Notes under the pieces: model-generated
What the model was told of the DNA's origin: nothing
The model's input: the letters and a program-made list of their open reading frames with translations, nothing else
The model's database searches: none
Shown: one piece after another, positions 8,992-18,567 of the stretch
Numbering within the stretch: position 1 is the first letter of the stretch
Layout of the letters: every line of letters begins with the position of its first letter
Virus record (IMG/VR): IMGVR_UViG_3300035698_035359
Span: 1-64,000 of that record
Length of the DNA stretch: 64,000 nt
DNA from: a virus
Reading direction: 5' to 3' (one strand)
Made by a program: the position numbers and the translations under genes

Positions 8992-9840
8992 CTATCTAAT
9001 TTTTTCATTATAGATTTGTTTAACAATTTTTATATCGGGGTTATAATATATTAAAGTACTAAGTACAGATTTATGACCTAATAAGCTCTGGGCTATCTTT
9101 ACATCTATACCAGCTCTAGCTAACATATTAGCAAAAGAATGTCTAAACATATGCATTGTAATATTCTTTTTTCCAGATACACATGTTTTTAAAAAGTTTA
9201 TCAATCTTGAAACTTCATTATTTTTTATGTTAAAAGCATTTATATTTCCAGGTTCTAATTGAAAATAATGAATTAATAATTTCTTTACTTTAAGTGGGAA
9301 AAAAACAGTTCTTTCACTTCTGTTTTTAGTTGGAATTCTCACTATCACAGCTCGCTCCTCTAATTTAATATCCTCTCTTTTTAAATTTATAAACTCATTT
9401 CTTCTAAGCCCTGTATAAAATAAAAAATACAAAATTACTTTCAATTTATCAAGGTTCATAAAAGTGCAATATGTCATAGCAGTTGATATCAAATCTTCTA
9501 ACTCTTCTTTAGTTACAAAGTCTTTTACTTTTATCTCAGTTCTCATTATTTTTATTTTATACATTTCTTGATAAATATCTTCTGTTACTTTACTTACATC
9601 TCTAAGATACTTATAAAAAAATCTTAAAGCTTTAACAAAGTTATTAATATATCCATTTGAATAAGATTGTTGTCTTAAAGTTAAAAAATATTGATTCAAT
9701 ATAAGTAAGTTAACATGATAAATATCTATATTATTAGTTGTACAATAAATTAAATAATACTTAATTTTATACCAATAATTAGTATCATAACCGCTTGCTT
9801 CCAGGTGGACCTTAAAATCTTTTAATATTTGTGAATACAT
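8992..9840 (-). CDS. Tyrosine recombinase (XerC/D-like)
   Basis: YTGLRRNE, TKNR, HMFRHSFA, LLGHKS, TLIY catalytic set; N-terminal SAM-like domain. Confidence 0.92.
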   Translation of the reverse strand: MYSQILKDFKVHLEASGYDTNYWYKIKYYLIYCTTNNIDIYHVNLLILNQYFLTLRQQSYSNGYINNFVKALRFFYKYLRDVSKVTEDIYQEMYKIKIMRTEIKVKDFVTKEELEDLISTAMTYCTFMNLDKLKVILYFLFYTGLRRNEFINLKREDIKLEERAVIVRIPTKNRSERTVFFPLKVKKLLIHYFQLEPGNINAFNIKNNEVSRLINFLKTCVSGKKNITMHMFRHSFANMLARAGIDVKIAQSLLGHKSVLSTLIYYNPDIKIVKQIYNEKIR

Positions 9841-9859
9841 ATTTACTCCTTTAATTATT

Positions 9860-10050
9860 AATATAATATGTTATTATAACATAATAATAAGTAATATAAT
9901 AATATGTTACATGTTATAGTAATATAATATATCGCTTAAAAGCTTGTTACATGTTATTATGTTACAATGTTATAACATTGTTATATGTTATTATATTACA
10001 TGTTATATAACTTGTTATATATAATATGTTATTATGTTACATGTTACTAT
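9860..10050 (+). repeat. AT-rich array of ~14 TGTTA units with an 18-bp palindrome
   Basis: Repeated (A/T)TGTTA(T/C); ACAATGTTATAACATTGT at 9964-9981. Confidence 0.75.
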
Positions 10051-10097
10051 ATTTAAATACTTTATATATAAGTATAGAGGATGTTTATTCCTGATTT

Positions 10098-11060
10098 CTA
10101 CATTGTAGCAAGAATCGCATTGCCACAGGTTATCTTACTTTCATCTTCTTCTTTAGATGGTATAAATACTATAACATCAAATCCTTCATTCTTTAAATCT
10201 TCTTCTATTTGTTTATAAGGATAATATTGTTCATATCCTTCTGCAGTTTTTAAATTATTTTTGGTACATGCATCTGTTTTATGCATAGGTGTAATTTTTA
10301 CTATGTAATCCATTGGATTAAACCATTTGCGTAATGTTTTTACATTTATAGTATAATCACAAAGTGCCATATTTAAAGTTATTTTGCGCCCATTTGGAAT
10401 TATGTCTCTCATAATATTATGTATCTCTTCCAGAGAACAAGCATTTTTATTGAACATTTTATCTCTTTCCCTTTGTTCAGTTGAATTTAAGCTAATTTGT
10501 AATCCTGCTTCTCCTTTTAAACGTCTATTTTTTAATCTCATCCAAGTATGTATAAAAGTTTTTAGCCATTCATTTTTTCTTGGCATCATAGTAGAAACTA
10601 CTGGATGTATTTTATATTCAGGGTCTATATGTTCTTTGAACCATTTGGTTGCATCTAACACATCTGGATTCCAAGTAGGTTCTCCCATTCTTGCAAAATG
10701 TATATTAAGTCTTTTTGTAAAGCTTACTTCTGGATGTAATTTAATTCCTTCTAATACTTGTCTGATTAAATCATTAAAAGTAACATTTATTCCTGGACCA
10801 ACTTTTGGAACATCGCAAAAGGTGCAATTCATTGAGCAACCATATTGTGTAGAAATAGTAATTACCCACTTTTCTTCTAATGGTAATAGATTTCCATGAG
10901 GCACTCCGTTTATCTCTTTTTTTAACCCAAGGAAATCAGCTTTTAGATTTTTTTCTTTTCCATAGTCGCCAATAGACAGAAACTCCAATGGTTTATGTTT
11001 TTCTCCTTCTGCAATTATAATATTACCAGTTGGTACTATTATATTTTTAATTACTTTCAT
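10098..11060 (-). CDS. Radical SAM enzyme, RlmN/Cfr-like
   Basis: ISTQYGCSMNCTFC (CxxxCxxC), RMGEP, LQISLNS and C-terminal TCG. Confidence 0.8.
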   Translation of the reverse strand: MKVIKNIIVPTGNIIIAEGEKHKPLEFLSIGDYGKEKNLKADFLGLKKEINGVPHGNLLPLEEKWVITISTQYGCSMNCTFCDVPKVGPGINVTFNDLIRQVLEGIKLHPEVSFTKRLNIHFARMGEPTWNPDVLDATKWFKEHIDPEYKIHPVVSTMMPRKNEWLKTFIHTWMRLKNRRLKGEAGLQISLNSTEQRERDKMFNKNACSLEEIHNIMRDIIPNGRKITLNMALCDYTINVKTLRKWFNPMDYIVKITPMHKTDACTKNNLKTAEGYEQYYPYKQIEEDLKNEGFDVIVFIPSKEEDESKITCGNAILATM

Positions 11061-11082
11061 TTTCTTTTCCTTTCTTTATATA

Positions 11083-11117
11083 TATTATACTACTAGAACT
11101 TGACTTCGTAAAGCTTT
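11083..11117 (-). promoter_or_regulatory. Conserved promoter, class B (copy 1)
   Basis: AAAGCTTTACGAAGT...TAGTATAATA; same flanks at 22903-22938 and 38300-38335. Confidence 0.7.
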
Positions 11118-11782
11118 TCTTTAAATCCAGATAAAAAAGTTTTAAGACTTTTATTTTTTTGAATTTGTTTATATAAATTTATATCACCTAATTTTATTCT
11201 ATCAGATAACTCAACAACTTTATTACTCATATAAGTATTGTGATTATATTTAAGCATTTCACCTAACGCTAAAATAACCCTATGTACTAATGCTTGTTCT
11301 AATGCCATTGCTTTATCATGGTCTTTATAATTATCAAACCAAATTATTTTTGAACTTGTAATTTTTTCGATTTCATCTAGTGAACTTTCAGACCAGAAAA
11401 GATTGATGTTCCCTATAACAGCAGTTCTACGGTCATTAATATTAGGAGTAGCAGAAGGTCTAAAGAGTATATGCATAGACCATATGTTTAAATCTTCAAG
11501 CTTTGAATTTCCATATATTGGAGTTTTAAGAGATGTTTGTTCTAATATAGGAATAGTTTTTAAATGTTTTTTATATTTGAGTAGCCAAGGTATAGTTTCT
11601 TCCATTGGAACACATAAGAATATACAACTTGCTTGTTTAATTCGCTCTATTTTTTCTTTTTCAGTGTCATTAATATCAAAGCACCATATATTAGAGGCTT
11701 TAGGTAAAAGTTTCAAAAGTCCAGCTAATATGAAAGAGCCTATTTCACCTTTATAACCTACTACTAACGGAGATTTTAACAT
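11093..11782 (-). CDS. Prephenate dehydrogenase (TyrA)-like protein
   Basis: Rossmann VVGYKGEIG, IFLCVP, TSLK, SMHILFRP, DHDKAMALEQALVH. Confidence 0.65.
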   Translation of the reverse strand: MLKSPLVVGYKGEIGSFILAGLLKLLPKASNIWCFDINDTEKEKIERIKQASCIFLCVPMEETIPWLLKYKKHLKTIPILEQTSLKTPIYGNSKLEDLNIWSMHILFRPSATPNINDRRTAVIGNINLFWSESSLDEIEKITSSKIIWFDNYKDHDKAMALEQALVHRVILALGEMLKYNHNTYMSNKVVELSDRIKLGDINLYKQIQKNKSLKTFLSGFKEKLYEVKF

Positions 11783-12016
11783 TTCTTTTTCCTTTTTTTA
11801 ATTTTTATTCTATCTCTTCTATAATATTCCGTTGTTAGCTGATTACACCCATCGCTATTATACCCACCTAAACAGTCACAGGTTTCACTATGAACTTTCT
11901 TCCATAATCTACCTAAATCTCTATCAGACATTCTACGAAGTTGACCTTGGGTTAATAGTGTCATATTGTCAAGCATTATTTTTTTAGCATTTTCATATTT
12001 CATATCATTTCTCCTT

Positions 12017-12361
12017 TTAACATCTATACATTTTAAATGCTTCTTCATCACAAGGAACAAACTCTTTAATTTTATTTTTATCACATAGTTTTGCTCCATT
12101 CCTTGCTATCTGTTCATCAGTAACTTTTAAATGAGTATCACCATCAAAATAGTTTGCAGGTTCAAAATTAGCATCCATAGAATGATAAATAGCCCAATCA
12201 TATATTCCACCTCTAATCGCTACCCAATTAACCACTGTTTCTTTATTTTCATCAATATTTTTAGCATTATTAAACCAAGGGTGTAATATTTTTCCTTGTC
12301 CTCGTGCAAAAATTCCAGGTTTCATTGCTTTTAATTTTTCTAATGTTAATTTATCTTTCAT
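12017..12361 (-). CDS. Hypothetical protein
   Basis: Probable start MKDKLT with AGGAG RBS; WVAIRGGIYDWAIY. Confidence 0.55.
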   Translation of the reverse strand: MKDKLTLEKLKAMKPGIFARGQGKILHPWFNNAKNIDENKETVVNWVAIRGGIYDWAIYHSMDANFEPANYFDGDTHLKVTDEQIARNGAKLCDKNKIKEFVPCDEEAFKMYRC

Positions 12362-12375
12362 TTTATTTCTCTCCT

Positions 12376-12561
12376 TTAATACATTACTTTTATATCCATC
12401 ATTATAAGACATGTACCTATCCAGACTATAACTTCTATACCAATAACACATATTACCCCACATAATATACCACCACAGAAAGAATTATCTTTTATTTTTT
12501 TTATTTTTTGCAGTTTTAAATCGTAATCTTTATGCGCATCATATTCCTCAGCTTCAAACAT
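12376..12561 (-). CDS. Small membrane protein (paralogue A)
   Basis: One TM segment; paralogue of 13275-13457. Confidence 0.6.
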   Translation of the reverse strand: MFEAEEYDAHKDYDLKLQKIKKIKDNSFCGGILCGVICVIGIEVIVWIGTCLIMMDIKVMY

Positions 12562-12575
12562 AACTTTGCTCCTTC

Positions 12576-13262
12576 CTAGTCTTTTCTGACGTTAACAAAT
12601 TGTTCTATATACTCTCGGTCTTGTGTAAAAATAGGTATATATTTATCTATTTTTTTCTTAATCACCGCAACTCCTCTTTTTCTAATGATTGGATAGTCGT
12701 TAAAATTTATTCCTTTCTCTTGAAATAACATTTCTTGTATTTGATTACAATTTTTAAGGTGTAATTGTTTATGAGAAAAATATTCCCTTCCTGCCATTTG
12801 TATTGCGTTGCGAGTTGCATCTTGTTGCCTCCATATGAAATAGTTACATACTTCATCTTGAGATAAAGAAAATGCTCTACTATCAAAACATACAGTTTGA
12901 TTATATAATCTAGAAAATATAGAACTTGCCAAAGCTGATGATATAGAAACTATTTTTCTTAAATCATATCCAAACCAAGGTTCAGTAGTGATAGTATTAT
13001 AGTCAGTTAATAAAAAACTAACTTCATCTGATTGTACATATGCGAAATCGCAACCTTGAATTTCTTCCACTAAATTTTTTGTCATAGAAGCCATATGATA
13101 AGTAAAATCTAGAGACCATTTTTTCTCAAACCTTTTACGAGTGACTGAGTGAAAGGCTCTCCCATCTATGCGTAATATCACAGGAATGCGTCTGGTTAAA
13201 TGATACTCCGTTACTTGTTCATATTGTTTCATTCTTGTAGCTATGTCTAATTTACTTGTCAT
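12576..13262 (-). CDS. tRNA-His guanylyltransferase (Thg1)-like 3'-5' polymerase
   Basis: RMKQYE, RIDGRAFH, YVQSDEVS, FDSRAF, YFIWRQQDATRN. Confidence 0.93.
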   Translation of the reverse strand: MTSKLDIATRMKQYEQVTEYHLTRRIPVILRIDGRAFHSVTRKRFEKKWSLDFTYHMASMTKNLVEEIQGCDFAYVQSDEVSFLLTDYNTITTEPWFGYDLRKIVSISSALASSIFSRLYNQTVCFDSRAFSLSQDEVCNYFIWRQQDATRNAIQMAGREYFSHKQLHLKNCNQIQEMLFQEKGINFNDYPIIRKRGVAVIKKKIDKYIPIFTQDREYIEQFVNVRKD

Positions 13263-13274
13263 TTTCTTCTCCTT

Positions 13275-13457
13275 TTAATACATTCCCCTCATATTCATTA
13301 TAAGACACGCAGTTCCATAAATTGTAAGTTCTATAATAATAACACTTATTACCCCTAAAAAAAGTCCCCCGCAGTAGGCTGAGTCCTCCCGTTCTATCAT
13401 CTTTTTTGTTCTCTTTTCTGCCCCTTCTTTTTTATAATCATCATCTGTTTCAAACAT
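13275..13457 (-). CDS. Small membrane protein (paralogue B)
   Basis: Start MFETDD; CGG.F.GVI.VI.IE...GT.CLIM....MY shared with 12376-12561. Confidence 0.6.
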   Translation of the reverse strand: MFETDDDYKKEGAEKRTKKMIEREDSAYCGGLFLGVISVIIIELTIYGTACLIMNMRGMY

Positions 13458-13476
13458 AGCTTTGCCCCTTTCTTTT

Positions 13477-14673
13477 TTATTTATCAAATCTAATTGACTT
13501 CGCAACAGGAAATCTTGGTACACAATACTCGCTAAGATTTTGATATATGATTGTTAATGGCTTACCCATGTACTCTTCTGGGTGTGTAAATAAATGTTTT
13601 AAATATGATGTTTTACCTTTCATTTTAGCTTTAACAGTACCTTTATCTTTATCAGGTCTCTTATCTAAAGCCTTATGATAGATTTTTGTTTTTTCATTCA
13701 TATCTTTAAGCACTCTGCCTTCTTCTAGTTTACAAATAAAAGACCCAACGTGTCCTGCTAACGAGCCCTTACCCTCTAATTTTCCTATAATAATAAATTC
13801 ATCGTCTATAAATTCTTTATATTTTAATAGACTGTAACTTCTTTTCTGCTCATAAGGCATATTGATATTTCTAAACATAATACCCTCATAACCTGCCTCT
13901 ATACACCGCTTATAATAATCCATAGCTTCTTCAAAATTATTCACTACAATTGTTTCCACTTTTATTACAGAAGCAAGTGGTAAATTTACAGGGTTAAACG
14001 AATTATATCTTTCATAAAAACTATCTAGCTCTGTTAGATTTTTAATTCTAGGAAAATCATAAACATGATATTGTATTTTATTTATTATTTCTGTTTTTAA
14101 TTTTTTACTAGCTCTAATTGCTCCAGTAAAACTATTAAAATCTTTACCATGTATATATAATTCTCCGTCGACAATATCTCCATTTTTCATCACTTGATTT
14201 AAATCAGTTGCTATATGGTTCATTGTTATAATTTCTTTTCCTGACCTAAACCATAATTTTATTTTATCATCTTTCTTTGTGGTAGTGCATCTTATACCAT
14301 CTAATTTTGGTTGACAGATACAAGGGTATTTTAAATGTTTATCAGCGTGTTTTTTATATGAGTGAGCTAACATAGGTAAATATCCACCGAGATTTGCTAT
14401 TTTTGTGGTGACATTACATTTGTCAACTGTTAAATGATAATCTTTATTATGCTTTTTCTCCCATTTAGATTTAGCCTGTGCTTCTGCTTGTTGGCTAGGA
14501 GAAGTTTCGTTCCCTTTCCCTATATTTTTTCCCTCAGAAATTGTTTCTTCATATCTTTGTTTCTTTCCATCTTGTTGCCCCTGAACAACTACTATAATAT
14601 TATCTTCAGTAGATATTTCCCATATCTGAATTTTACCTGTTGATGTTAATTTGTATAGCTTTGGAAATTTCAT
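13477..14673 (-). CDS. lig: ATP-dependent DNA ligase with N-terminal WGR-like domain
   Basis: QPKLDGIRC, DGELY, YHVYD, YEGIMFR, LLKYK, PRFP. Confidence 0.93.
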   Translation of the reverse strand: MKFPKLYKLTSTGKIQIWEISTEDNIIVVVQGQQDGKKQRYEETISEGKNIGKGNETSPSQQAEAQAKSKWEKKHNKDYHLTVDKCNVTTKIANLGGYLPMLAHSYKKHADKHLKYPCICQPKLDGIRCTTTKKDDKIKLWFRSGKEIITMNHIATDLNQVMKNGDIVDGELYIHGKDFNSFTGAIRASKKLKTEIINKIQYHVYDFPRIKNLTELDSFYERYNSFNPVNLPLASVIKVETIVVNNFEEAMDYYKRCIEAGYEGIMFRNINMPYEQKRSYSLLKYKEFIDDEFIIIGKLEGKGSLAGHVGSFICKLEEGRVLKDMNEKTKIYHKALDKRPDKDKGTVKAKMKGKTSYLKHLFTHPEEYMGKPLTIIYQNLSEYCVPRFPVAKSIRFDK

Positions 14674-15019
14674 TTTGTTTCTCCTTCCATTAGTTCTGGA
14701 GTTTCACACACGTTTCCGATTATTTCAACTCTTGGTTTTATTTTTCTATCTGTTTGTTGTTTGATATATTCTCCTAATATTTTTCTCCCATCTAAATCCC
14801 AGTATCCTCTTTCTTTATCCCAAGATATTTTTCCAATCCAATTAAAACCATATCTAACTATATCTCCATCATATATATCAACCTTATTCTTATCTTTAAA
14901 CCCAGTATATTGCATAAGAATAACATTATCTAAGTTGTGGTAAATTGCCCCAGTTAAAACAAACGGTGGCTTAGCTTTTTAGATGTCTTATCCCACGCTC
15001 TAAACTTTGTCACTTTCAT
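14670..15019 (-). pseudogene. YopX-family gene with a frameshift
   Basis: MKVTKFRAWDK N-terminus (15019) and MQYTGFKDKN..IYDGDIV..IIGNV C-terminus lie in different frames, joined by a -1 shift near TAAAAAG (~14975-14981). Confidence 0.7.
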
Positions 15020-15036
15020 TGTAATATCTCCTTCTA

Positions 15037-15651
15037 TTAATCATCTTTAATTTTATGTAGTGAAGTATGTGTTTTTTTTGACATAAATGTCCATTCGTTT
15101 AAATGTTTATAAAATATTTTTGTCATATTAATTGAATCTGATAAAGCATTATGTGGTTGCCCAGAAAATTCCATTTTTTCATATTGAATTGTAGTAGCTA
15201 GACCAAATTCACTTTTGAAACATATTAAGGGTTTAAGATGCTCTTCTATTTCAAGTTTATCCTTTATCATAGAAGTATAATGTGCCTGTAAATTTATATA
15301 TTTCTGGACCCATTTATGTGATAATTTATGAAGTTCAGAATTTCTTATCAGTTCCTTTTTATCAGCCATACTCCAACCCAATAATATATATTCTTCACCT
15401 ATCCAATTTCTAAAATCATATATAGTTTCATCAAAATTTTGTGCTTTATCTATGTCTGATTGTAAAATTTTAGTTTTCTTTTTAATATAGGGGGTTAATA
15501 TCTTTCCCTTTTTAGGTCTAATATATTTATTAAAGAAGCTATCTGTTCTTATAATATTATCTTCTAAAACAAGTTTAATAGCACTTAATTGTATTATCTC
15601 TTGTATATTTTTATATTGATTGAATTCAGTATCTAAAAGTATATAATTCAT
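15037..15651 (-). CDS. DEDDh 3'-5' exonuclease (KapD/ERI-1-like)
   Basis: ILLDTEF, EIIQLSA, WSMAD, HNALSDS. Confidence 0.85.
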   Translation of the reverse strand: MNYILLDTEFNQYKNIQEIIQLSAIKLVLEDNIIRTDSFFNKYIRPKKGKILTPYIKKKTKILQSDIDKAQNFDETIYDFRNWIGEEYILLGWSMADKKELIRNSELHKLSHKWVQKYINLQAHYTSMIKDKLEIEEHLKPLICFKSEFGLATTIQYEKMEFSGQPHNALSDSINMTKIFYKHLNEWTFMSKKTHTSLHKIKDD

Positions 15652-16166
15652 TTTAATATATCCCTATTATATATCTCCCAACACTTTTCCTTATCGTGAG
15701 ATAATTTACATTTATTAATATGATACCCTATTCCAGCTAAATTTTCCTTACATCTTGTTTTATATAAATCATTTACATCTTTACTTGATAGACTTTGTCC
15801 TGAATCTAAGAATGGACAACCTAAAAACTCTAATGGTTTTGGTTTTACTCCCTTTAGCCATTCTACATAAGAACAGCCATATTGAGAAAACGGAAACTTT
15901 TTGTCTTCATAAACAATATCTTTATCTGTTATACATGTTCCCATTCCGTTAGTATATACTCTTTTACATTTAGTTTCTATTTTTTTCATAGTAAACTTGT
16001 TGTATGTTATATCTATATCTACTTTTCCTGTTCCCTTGCATTTGTAACAAACAACAAACGCACCATCCCTTTCCCCCATTCCTTGATATAGCCCAGTTCC
16101 ATTACAGCTATTGCATTGTGTAATACCAGTAATTTGATATTCATTAGTGGTTTCTCTTATGTTCAT
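15648..16166 (-). CDS. DnaJ-type Zn-finger protein
   Basis: CNSCNGTG...CYKCKGTG. Confidence 0.7.
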   Translation of the reverse strand: MNIRETTNEYQITGITQCNSCNGTGLYQGMGERDGAFVVCYKCKGTGKVDIDITYNKFTMKKIETKCKRVYTNGMGTCITDKDIVYEDKKFPFSQYGCSYVEWLKGVKPKPLEFLGCPFLDSGQSLSSKDVNDLYKTRCKENLAGIGYHINKCKLSHDKEKCWEIYNRDILK

Positions 16167-16867
16167 TTTATACCCCTTAGAATTTTAACTCGGTAGACTT
16201 TACCCTCAATTTCTGTGTCAACTTCTTCTCCAACTAAATCTTTTTTAATGTCGGAGTGGTCTAATAGCCATAATAGTGTTTTCTTAAAGGCTCCCATCTT
16301 TTCACATTGGGTATCATATAGAAAAAGTTTTGCAACACCACCATTCCAACCCCGTATTATTTCTATACATTTAAAATTTTTATAATTATTAGAATTTATT
16401 ATTCCTACATGTATAGAAAACCAGTTGCCCTGACCTTCTCCTATCTTTTGCAATATATCATCAGCCTCTTTATCCCATCCATTATTTAGATTACCTATTC
16501 GCTCTGTTATTTTTTCATATTCTCCCATAGCTATGGTCTCCTTTAGTTTTATCTTGCCTAAATAATAAGTGTGTCTATCATTATAATAATTTAGTTGTAT
16601 TCCCATATCTTGTAAACTATGTTCTGACCAAAAAGGATGTTCATCTTTCCAGTATTTTACTTCATTAACTGATAATTCTTTATACCATTGTTTACTCCAT
16701 ATCCAATTTGATTGAAACTTAACTACTTTAAGGAGTCTTTTTAATAAAACTGTTTCATTACCGTGTGCAAGTGATTTTATTCTAAGGATATCTCCTGGTT
16801 TTAAAAACTTATAATTAGCCTCTGTTATTTGTTCTCCTACTTTAAAAATTTTATCGTGTATGTCCAT
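16163..16867 (-). CDS. Hypothetical protein
   Basis: 234-aa ORF with RBS, translationally coupled to its neighbour. Confidence 0.6.
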   Translation of the reverse strand: MDIHDKIFKVGEQITEANYKFLKPGDILRIKSLAHGNETVLLKRLLKVVKFQSNWIWSKQWYKELSVNEVKYWKDEHPFWSEHSLQDMGIQLNYYNDRHTYYLGKIKLKETIAMGEYEKITERIGNLNNGWDKEADDILQKIGEGQGNWFSIHVGIINSNNYKNFKCIEIIRGWNGGVAKLFLYDTQCEKMGAFKKTLLWLLDHSDIKKDLVGEEVDTEIEGKVYRVKILRGIK

Positions 16868-16883
16868 TTTTTATCCTTTCTTA

Positions 16884-18236
16884 TTAGCCTTTAATTACAC
16901 CAAGTGGAGTAAGTTCAGTTACAATTTCAACCAAGTCTTTTTGATTCTCCATTACTTCGCCTATATCTTTATATGCACTTGAAGCCTCATCTAAACTAGA
17001 CTTACTTCTTATAGAATGTACTATTCCTCTGTCTTCCATTTTCTTTACCTCTGTTTCTAAATCTAATTTCTCTCTTGCTTTTGTCCTACTCATAGTTCTG
17101 CCAGCTCCATGAGAGCAAGACATAAAGCTTTCTTGATTCCCTCTACCTCTTACTATATAAGATGCAGTACCTTGAGAGCCAGGTATTATTCCTATAGTAG
17201 TTTCTCTTGCTAATGTTGCTCCTTTTCTATGCACGATTACATTCTGTCCAAAGTGATTTTCCATAGAAGCATAGTTGTGAGCTATATTAATCATTTCTTC
17301 AGGAAACAATTCTTTGTAAAAGAAAGTAGATTCGTAAAAATCAACATCTTTTGTGTCAGTAAATTCTTCCCATATTATTTTTTTAATTCTTTCCATCATT
17401 ATTTTTCTACTAGCAAATGCAAAATCTACACAGTATTGCATTTCTTTTAAATAACTTTGTCCTTCTTTACTATCTAAAGGTAAAAAAGCTAAATCCCATT
17501 CCTTTGGTACTGAAGTATGCCATTTTTTATTTAGTTCTTTTGCTAAATCATTATAATACTTTGCTACTTTAAAGCCTAAATTACGACTACCAGAATGAAG
17601 CATAATCCAGATATTTCCCTTAGTTTTTCCTGTTCCATTGCAAGATTGACAATCAGAAATTGGTTTTCCTTTTTGTGTAAAATTTAGCATTCCAGCATTT
17701 TCTAAACAAACACAATTTTTTATTTCTTGCTGTATTTCAATAAAATGATTGCCTCCACCGAGAGTTCCTAACTGTTTAAGTGCCGAATCGAATTCTTTTG
17801 ATAAAATACTTTTCTCATATCCTACTGTGGTATAAATATCATCAGAATTTGGCATCAAATTTATATCTTGTTTCTTACTATGACGATTAAAACCTACAGG
17901 CACAGCAGACCTTATTCCACCGTGATAATCTTTTGAACCGCCAAATATCTTTTTAATTTGCTCTTGGGTGATGTCGGTTAAAGAAGTCTTAACAGCACAC
18001 ATTCCGCAACCTATATCAACTCCTACTGCATATGGTATAACCACTCCTTTGGTAGCTAACACCCCACCAATAGGCATACCATAACCCGTATGACAATCTG
18101 GCATTATAGCTATATGTTTATAAGCGAAAGGTAAATTGGCTAAATTTTCAATTTGTTTCATAGCCGATTCTTCAACATTTTCTAGCCACATTTTTACGGG
18201 TATTGCTGACTTATTTTTATCATATATTACTTTCAT
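16884..18236 (-). CDS. rtcB: RtcB RNA ligase
   Basis: MPDCH.GYG.PIG, VGVDIGCGM, GTLGGGNHFIE, HSGSR, HNYA, HRKGA, IPGS, SHGAGR, DEA..AYK. Confidence 0.96.
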   Translation of the reverse strand: MKVIYDKNKSAIPVKMWLENVEESAMKQIENLANLPFAYKHIAIMPDCHTGYGMPIGGVLATKGVVIPYAVGVDIGCGMCAVKTSLTDITQEQIKKIFGGSKDYHGGIRSAVPVGFNRHSKKQDINLMPNSDDIYTTVGYEKSILSKEFDSALKQLGTLGGGNHFIEIQQEIKNCVCLENAGMLNFTQKGKPISDCQSCNGTGKTKGNIWIMLHSGSRNLGFKVAKYYNDLAKELNKKWHTSVPKEWDLAFLPLDSKEGQSYLKEMQYCVDFAFASRKIMMERIKKIIWEEFTDTKDVDFYESTFFYKELFPEEMINIAHNYASMENHFGQNVIVHRKGATLARETTIGIIPGSQGTASYIVRGRGNQESFMSCSHGAGRTMSRTKAREKLDLETEVKKMEDRGIVHSIRSKSSLDEASSAYKDIGEVMENQKDLVEIVTELTPLGVIKG

Positions 18237-18567
18237 TTTTAATTCCTTCCATTATATTCTCCTTTTTAATATTGTCTTTTATTTACTCTTGCTTATGTCA
18301 TCTATTATATTACCAATAAATGCTCTTATCTTCTGTTCTTTCTTACCAATTAATACTCCTAATGCTAATAAAAGAATAGTTCCCATTTGATTTCCCCCTT
18401 TCTTATTTTGTTTTTTCTGCTATATTCATAGCAATTTGGTTAATTTTCTTTTTACCTAACTGTAAAAAATATTTCCCTGTACCCTTTATGAGAGGCTTGC
18501 TTGTTCGCCCAAGCTTCTTTAAGAGTATCCAACTTAATTTACCCATCATATTATACTCCTTTCTTTA

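Noticed and set aside
17620-17730. Intein in RtcB
   Set aside because: The insert is only ~35 aa and lacks the terminal His-Asn splice motif.
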